A stretch of DNA of 64,000 bases from Candidatus Latescibacterota bacterium (GTDB lineage: Bacteria > Latescibacterota > UBA2968 > UBA8231): the NCBI GenBank assembly GCA_965242865.1, contig CBDETK010000013.1, positions 4,448,001 through 4,512,000 of the forward strand. The letters run 5' to 3'. Shown piece by piece: positions 59,477 to 64,000 of the stretch; the first letter of the stretch is position 1, and the number at the start of each line of letters is the position of its first letter. The position numbers were made by a program, and so were the translations under genes. The notes beneath the pieces were generated by a model. It did not search any database, was not told the DNA's origin, and saw only the letters and a program-made list of their open reading frames with translations.

Positions 59477-60793
59477 CTAACTGTTCCAGCGCAAGAGAAC
59501 GACCTCTTCGCGTAAATGTTCTCGCGTCGCCGTAGAAAATCGCGTCCGAAACAAATCAATACCTGTTACTTCGTAGCCAAGATCTTCTGCGATATTAGAC
59601 AAAAGTTCTCCTGTGCGGATTAAAATCCGAAAGAAAGACGCTTGGTCACCGACGACATAAGCAAGTTGAGCTCCCGGAGCCAAAACCTGTTTTAACTCTT
59701 CTAGGTGCCGCGCCATTCCTCCAAAATACAACCTTACTACGCGAGCATAGAGTTTCTCAAACCCCGACGTCTTTTCCAGTTCTAGCCGACGCGTCTCTAT
59801 CCGATCTGCCAGCTCTTGTATGCGTTCGTTATCTTTAATCCAGCATTCATCCGCGTCTGCTTTATACACTCCCCTGCTATTAGATCGCAGCAAGTTTTGT
59901 TTTTGTCGTCGTAGATCGTCGCGGTTGTTTAGGTAGCCAAGCAAAACAGCCTCAAGACGAGTCGTTCTCGTATAATCCTTTTCGTTGGGGTATGGCGGCG
60001 AGGTTATAACCGCGTCGAACGCCAAAGGTTCTAAGCAGGAATCTATACTGCGCGAGTCTGTGAGTTTTACTAGCGATGGTACGGCCTTGTGGCTCTTGAC
60101 TTGGAGACAGCACAAATCATTAGCCATGTCTTTTACTCCCTTTAACCAAGGTGCAATAACCGGGGCATCTTCTTTGGGCTTCCCGACTCCTACTTCTGGT
60201 CCAAAGCGCAAATTACTGATACTGTACACTAGCTGTTTTGCGAGTGCTAATCTTTCGTATGCAATTAGGGGGTCATCTGGTTTTTTGTTTAGGCTATTTA
60301 TGAGGGCGAGAGCTTTATGTAAGGGTTTGGGACTTATGGAATTTTTGATAAGCAGGGCCTCTAATTCAGGTTCTAGTCGCTTTAGATCTATTTTTTTGCC
60401 GTTGGTACAAGGCTTAAAAAGAGGGTAATCTTCGATCCCTTCTCTTTTTAATTGAACCTCTACCTCTTCGGCAACGCTCTTGGCATGTCTAACAAGATTA
60501 TCGGGATCTATATCCCACCGGACCTTAGTTTGCGCGGCGAACTGTACCACGGGATTGGCCTCTAAGCCAGTGCTCGGAATGCCATTCTTCTTGCACTCAA
60601 CCAACGTTGTTCCCGTACCGCAGAATGGGTCCAGCACCCAGTGGCGTCTTGTCAGGCCAAACGTATCAATATAACGACGAACTAAGTGCGGCGGATAGGA
60701 AAGGACAAACCGATACCATTCGTGGATAGACAAATCTTCCGCGTAAATCCGGTTTAACTCCTCCCCGGCTTTAGCTTGTACTGCATATACCAT
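59477..60793 (-). CDS. Alpha-class DNA methyltransferase, probably N4-cytosine
   Basis: VLDPFCGTGTT precedes ITSPPY. Confidence 0.9.
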   Translation of the reverse strand: MVYAVQAKAGEELNRIYAEDLSIHEWYRFVLSYPPHLVRRYIDTFGLTRRHWVLDPFCGTGTTLVECKKNGIPSTGLEANPVVQFAAQTKVRWDIDPDNLVRHAKSVAEEVEVQLKREGIEDYPLFKPCTNGKKIDLKRLEPELEALLIKNSISPKPLHKALALINSLNKKPDDPLIAYERLALAKQLVYSISNLRFGPEVGVGKPKEDAPVIAPWLKGVKDMANDLCCLQVKSHKAVPSLVKLTDSRSIDSCLEPLAFDAVITSPPYPNEKDYTRTTRLEAVLLGYLNNRDDLRRQKQNLLRSNSRGVYKADADECWIKDNERIQELADRIETRRLELEKTSGFEKLYARVVRLYFGGMARHLEELKQVLAPGAQLAYVVGDQASFFRILIRTGELLSNIAEDLGYEVTGIDLFRTRFSTATREHLREEVVLLRWNS

Positions 60794-60806
60794 TTCTTTA
60801 TCTTTC

Positions 60807-61058
60807 CTACTCTTCGACAGAAGACTCTATTGTCTCGCCGAGACTGTAAACAGGGGATAATTCGCCAATCATATCGCTCATCTTCTGTCTGTCAGACGAG
60901 TTTTCCAACAACTGGCTAAAATCCGCCAAACTCATTATGATTGCCTGCGATACATTGCGTCGCTTGACAACGTACCGAGTTCGATCTTGAACGACCGAGT
61001 CTATTATCTGGCCAAAGTTATTTTGCGCCTTAGTCGATGTTATGACTTTTGTTTCCAT
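60807..61058 (-). CDS. Phd/YefM family antitoxin-like protein
   Basis: ITSTKAQNNFGQIID...YVVKRRNVSQAIIMS; GGAGG RBS. Confidence 0.8.
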   Translation of the reverse strand: METKVITSTKAQNNFGQIIDSVVQDRTRYVVKRRNVSQAIIMSLADFSQLLENSSDRQKMSDMIGELSPVYSLGETIESSVEE

Positions 61059-61082
61059 GCGGGTGTACCTCCTAATTTATCC

Positions 61083-61096
61083 ATATTAGCTAATAT
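61083..61096. promoter_or_regulatory. Palindromic operator candidate upstream of the phd-like gene
   Basis: ATATTAGCTAATAT, a perfect 14-bp palindrome. Confidence 0.6.
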
Positions 61097-61209
61097 AGCC
61101 TTTGTCCCTAAACTGAACGAAGAATGCACCTCTGTCAAGGCTTTAACGAAGATTCCTCGCCGCACGAGGATAGGTTGCGGGAGCCTGCACAGTTTGCTAG
61201 AATTCACTC

Positions 61210-61372
61210 TAAATCAACGAGACTGGAAGCACGAAAACCCCATCAACCTCGCCGAGCGCGACAAGTACTACATACGCAGGCCATCCCGCCCGAGTGGATT
61301 GCACGCGCTAGTCCTCAACGCAAAAAACTCTTTCTCCGCGAGCCTTATACCGAGGGATGCTGGGCGGCCTGA
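61210..61372 (+). pseudogene. Doubly deleted duplicate of the PhyH gene
   Basis: Three joined blocks matching 57649-57660, 58034-58085 and 58388-58485. Confidence 0.9.
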
Positions 61373-61418
61373 GCACTTAGGCCAATATCGCGACCCAAGC
61401 CACTATAGGAGCCTTACC

Positions 61419-62597
61419 ATGAGAGTAGCCGCCATCGCCACCATCTACTATCCCAAGTCACATGCCGACGTCATTGCCACCAAGTTTATGAAGGGCATGT
61501 CCACGGACGAGGGCCTAATGCCCCCCGAAGTGGAGCTCGTGTCCTTGTACATCGACCACGTGCTGGAAAACGACATCGGCGTGAGCTTGGCCCAAGAGTA
61601 CGGGGTACCCATTTATCCCAGCATCCGCCGCGCCCTGCATGCAGGGGCCGACCGGCTCAACGTAGATGCGGTGCTGCTCATCGGCGAGCACGGCGACTAC
61701 CCTTGGAACGAGCGGGGCCGCCATTTGTACCCGCGCCGCCATTTCTTTGAGCAAATCGCTGGAGTCTTTGCCGAGAGCGACCGCTCGGTGCCCGTATTTT
61801 CAGATAAACATTTAGCGTACGACTTTAGGGACGCCCAGTGGATGTGGGATCGGGCTGGAGAACTGGGCATCCCGCTGATGGCCGGGTCGTCGCTGCCCTT
61901 GGCTTGGCGCAGCCCTTGGCTGGAGCACCCCAAGGAGACGCCCATTGAGGAAGCTCTGTCCATCGGCTACGGCGGTATCGAGGCGTATGGGTATCATGCC
62001 TTAGAGACTTTGCAGTGCATGGTTGAGCGCCGCCGCGGCGGCGAACAGGGGGTGGCGTGGGTGCAGTGCCTCGAAGGGGACGATGTGTGGCGTGCCCGCG
62101 ACGAGGGATTGTGGTCTGGGGAGTTGGCCGAGGCTGCTTGCGCTGCCATTGCCAAAAAGAAGGATGGCCCCATGGAGAAACGCACCAAAGAGCCGGCTGT
62201 CTTCCTCATGGAACACCGCGATGGCTTGCGCACGGCGACCTTGATGCTCAACGGCTATGTCAGCGACTTCGCCTATGCCGCACGGATAGGAGGGCAGGTG
62301 CAGGCCACGGAGTTCTACCTGCAAAACAGAGGGCCGTTTGCCCATTTCGGCTATCTATGCCGCAACATCCAGCAGTTTTTCAAAACGGGTCAGGCCCCGT
62401 ATCCGCCCGAGCGCACCCTGCTGACGACCGGGGTTATCGACGCGGTGATGAACTCGCGCTACGAAGAGCACCGCCGCGTCGAGACGCCTTACTTAAACAT
62501 CGCCTACCAGTCTTACGACCAGATGCCGCAGCGACCACAGGGGCCGCGGCCTAGGGGAGCCTGCGTCGATCCGCAGTCGCCCGACATTCTGGGCTAA
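61419..62597 (+). CDS. Gfo/Idh/MocA-like oxidoreductase of unknown substrate
   Basis: ATG at 61419 with AGGAG; VDAVLLIGEHGDYP, FSDKHL, MAGSS and YGYHALE. Confidence 0.8.
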   Translation: MRVAAIATIYYPKSHADVIATKFMKGMSTDEGLMPPEVELVSLYIDHVLENDIGVSLAQEYGVPIYPSIRRALHAGADRLNVDAVLLIGEHGDYPWNERGRHLYPRRHFFEQIAGVFAESDRSVPVFSDKHLAYDFRDAQWMWDRAGELGIPLMAGSSLPLAWRSPWLEHPKETPIEEALSIGYGGIEAYGYHALETLQCMVERRRGGEQGVAWVQCLEGDDVWRARDEGLWSGELAEAACAAIAKKKDGPMEKRTKEPAVFLMEHRDGLRTATLMLNGYVSDFAYAARIGGQVQATEFYLQNRGPFAHFGYLCRNIQQFFKTGQAPYPPERTLLTTGVIDAVMNSRYEEHRRVETPYLNIAYQSYDQMPQRPQGPRPRGACVDPQSPDILG

Positions 62598-62622
62598 CGC
62601 GCCTCGCGCCGAAGTGTCGGCT

Positions 62623-62937
62623 TCAGCTCTTCAATTCGACGATGACATTCCGCCACGGCCCTGCACCGGCGTTAAACGCTTCGTGTACCGCCTCCCCCTC
62701 AATTGCATTGAACCGCACCTCCCCGTCCTTCATGTCCCTCGGCGCCCCGCGGTTTCCCTCTGCATCGGCCGCCTGCAACCGACCATCGCCAATAACTACG
62801 TATAGATAGTCGTGCTCGTGCCGGTGCAAACCCGTGCTCTCGCCTGGTGCCAACCGCAGGTCCCAAACCCGCACTCGCTCATTCTCAAAAAGCAATTGCG
62901 TTCCCACTGCCGGTGAAACAGTACTGGCTTTGTTCAT
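62623..62937 (-). CDS. Cupin domain protein
   Basis: LLFENERVRVWDLRLAPGE...HRH...HEAFN...VELK; AGGAGGAGG RBS. Confidence 0.88.
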   Translation of the reverse strand: MNKASTVSPAVGTQLLFENERVRVWDLRLAPGESTGLHRHEHDYLYVVIGDGRLQAADAEGNRGAPRDMKDGEVRFNAIEGEAVHEAFNAGAGPWRNVIVELKS

Positions 62938-63107
62938 AAGTCCCTCCTCCTTTCGCGCCCAAGATATACGTAGGGGGACCCACTCACAACCCCACTTGCG
63001 CTGGCCGAGGCCCCTGTCCTTGAGACGAGGCGCAAGTTGCGTTTTATTGTTGAACGACACCGAATAAGTTGCCGCTTTTAACCAAGCGACCATCTCAAGG
63101 GACTCCA

Positions 63108-64000
63108 ATGGCAAACGACAGACCTCACGTCCTCCTGATTACGACCGATCATTGGTCCGCTTCCCTTTTGGGCGAAGCCAACCATTCCGCCATTCTCACC
63201 CCCACGCTCGACTCCTTAGCCCGCAGCGGCACTCGCTTCTCCAACGCCTATAGCGAATGCCCGGTCTGCATCCCCGCTCGCCGTACCCTGATGACGGGCA
63301 CTGCGCCGCGCACCCACGGCGACCGGGTCTTCAAAACAACCGCTCCCATGCCCGAGCTGCCGACTGTGGCGCAGACCTTCCGCAACGCCGGCTACCAAGC
63401 TTATGCCGTTGGCAAGCTCCACGTCTATCCCCAGCGCGACCGCATTGGTTTCGACGATGTGCTCCTCGACGAAGAGGGCCGGCCGCACTTGGGTGCTGTT
63501 GACGACTACGATCTCTTCCTCGCCGACAAAGGCCATGCGGGCTTGGGATTCGCCCACGGCATGAGCAACAATGAATACTCCTTCCGCCCCTATCACTTGC
63601 CCGAGGACTGCCACCCCACCACTTGGGCGGCGCGCCAGATGAGCCGGATGATCCAACGGCGCAACCCGGCCAAGCCCGGCTTCTGGTATCTGTCTTTCCG
63701 CCATCCGCACCCACCGCTGGTCCCCTTGCAGAGCTATCTCGATCTGTACCGCGACATCGACATGGACGCACCCCACCACGGCACTTGGGCACGCTCCTTC
63801 GACGCTCTGCCTTACGCACTCAAAGTCATTCAGGGGGCCAACGCCCACCTCAAGGGGCTGGAAGTTCTCCGCATTCGCCGGGCCTTCTACGCGCTCTGCA
63901 CCCAGATTGACCACCAACTTCGCGTAGTCCTTGGCACCCTGCGCGAGGAGGGGCTGCTCGACAATACCATTATTTGCTTCACGGCCGATCACGGCGACAT
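63108..64000 (+). CDS. Formylglycine-dependent sulfatase, runs off the window end
   Basis: Hand translation: MANDRPHVLLITTDH...TPTLDSLA...CPVCIPARRTLMTG (CxPxR), GKLH, and TADHGD at the end. Confidence 0.92.
   Translation, partial: MANDRPHVLLITTDHWSASLLGEANHSAILTPTLDSLARSGTRFSNAYSECPVCIPARRTLMTGTAPRTHGDRVFKTTAPMPELPTVAQTFRNAGYQAYAVGKLHVYPQRDRIGFDDVLLDEEGRPHLGAVDDYDLFLADKGHAGLGFAHGMSNNEYSFRPYHLPEDCHPTTWAARQMSRMIQRRNPAKPGFWYLSFRHPHPPLVPLQSYLDLYRDIDMDAPHHGTWARSFDALPYALKVIQGANAHLKGLEVLRIRRAFYALCTQIDHQLRVVLGTLREEGLLDNTIICFTADHGD

Noticed and set aside
60987-61418. N-terminal extension of the oxidoreductase ORF
   Set aside because: It reads through a promoter region and the deleted phyH copy; the real start is 61419.

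Overview
This is a GC-rich bacterial window. Its gene content (CRTAC1/ASPIC-UnbV plus TPR modules, many FlgD-Ig CTD proteins, C-terminal 'WGxIK' motifs, Uma2, PhyH, sulfatase) suggests a Ca. Latescibacterota/Poribacteria-like organism, possibly host-associated; this is inference. The core is a ~31 kb cell-envelope locus (13.2-44.3 kb). It holds four paralogous secreted discoidin/FlgD-CTD proteins in A-B-A-B order, a separately transcribed CBM9/DOMON-like protein, an outer-membrane barrel, SurA/PrsA-like foldases, a lipoprotein, a 1529-aa degenerate-M28/FtsX-type fusion, and two polytopic membrane proteins (DUF6785/6784-like and OPT-like). Accessory cassettes, several of them lower in GC, interrupt the operons. 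They include an EEP nuclease pair, Fic, a type II RM system lying inside a Phd-VapC toxin-antitoxin operon (REase fused to the antitoxin tail), a second RM system headed by a Phd-like gene, an internally deleted IS630, and a tandem duplication resolved by reciprocal deletions. No rRNA, tRNA or CRISPR array was seen. All family assignments are from motif recognition, not database searches.
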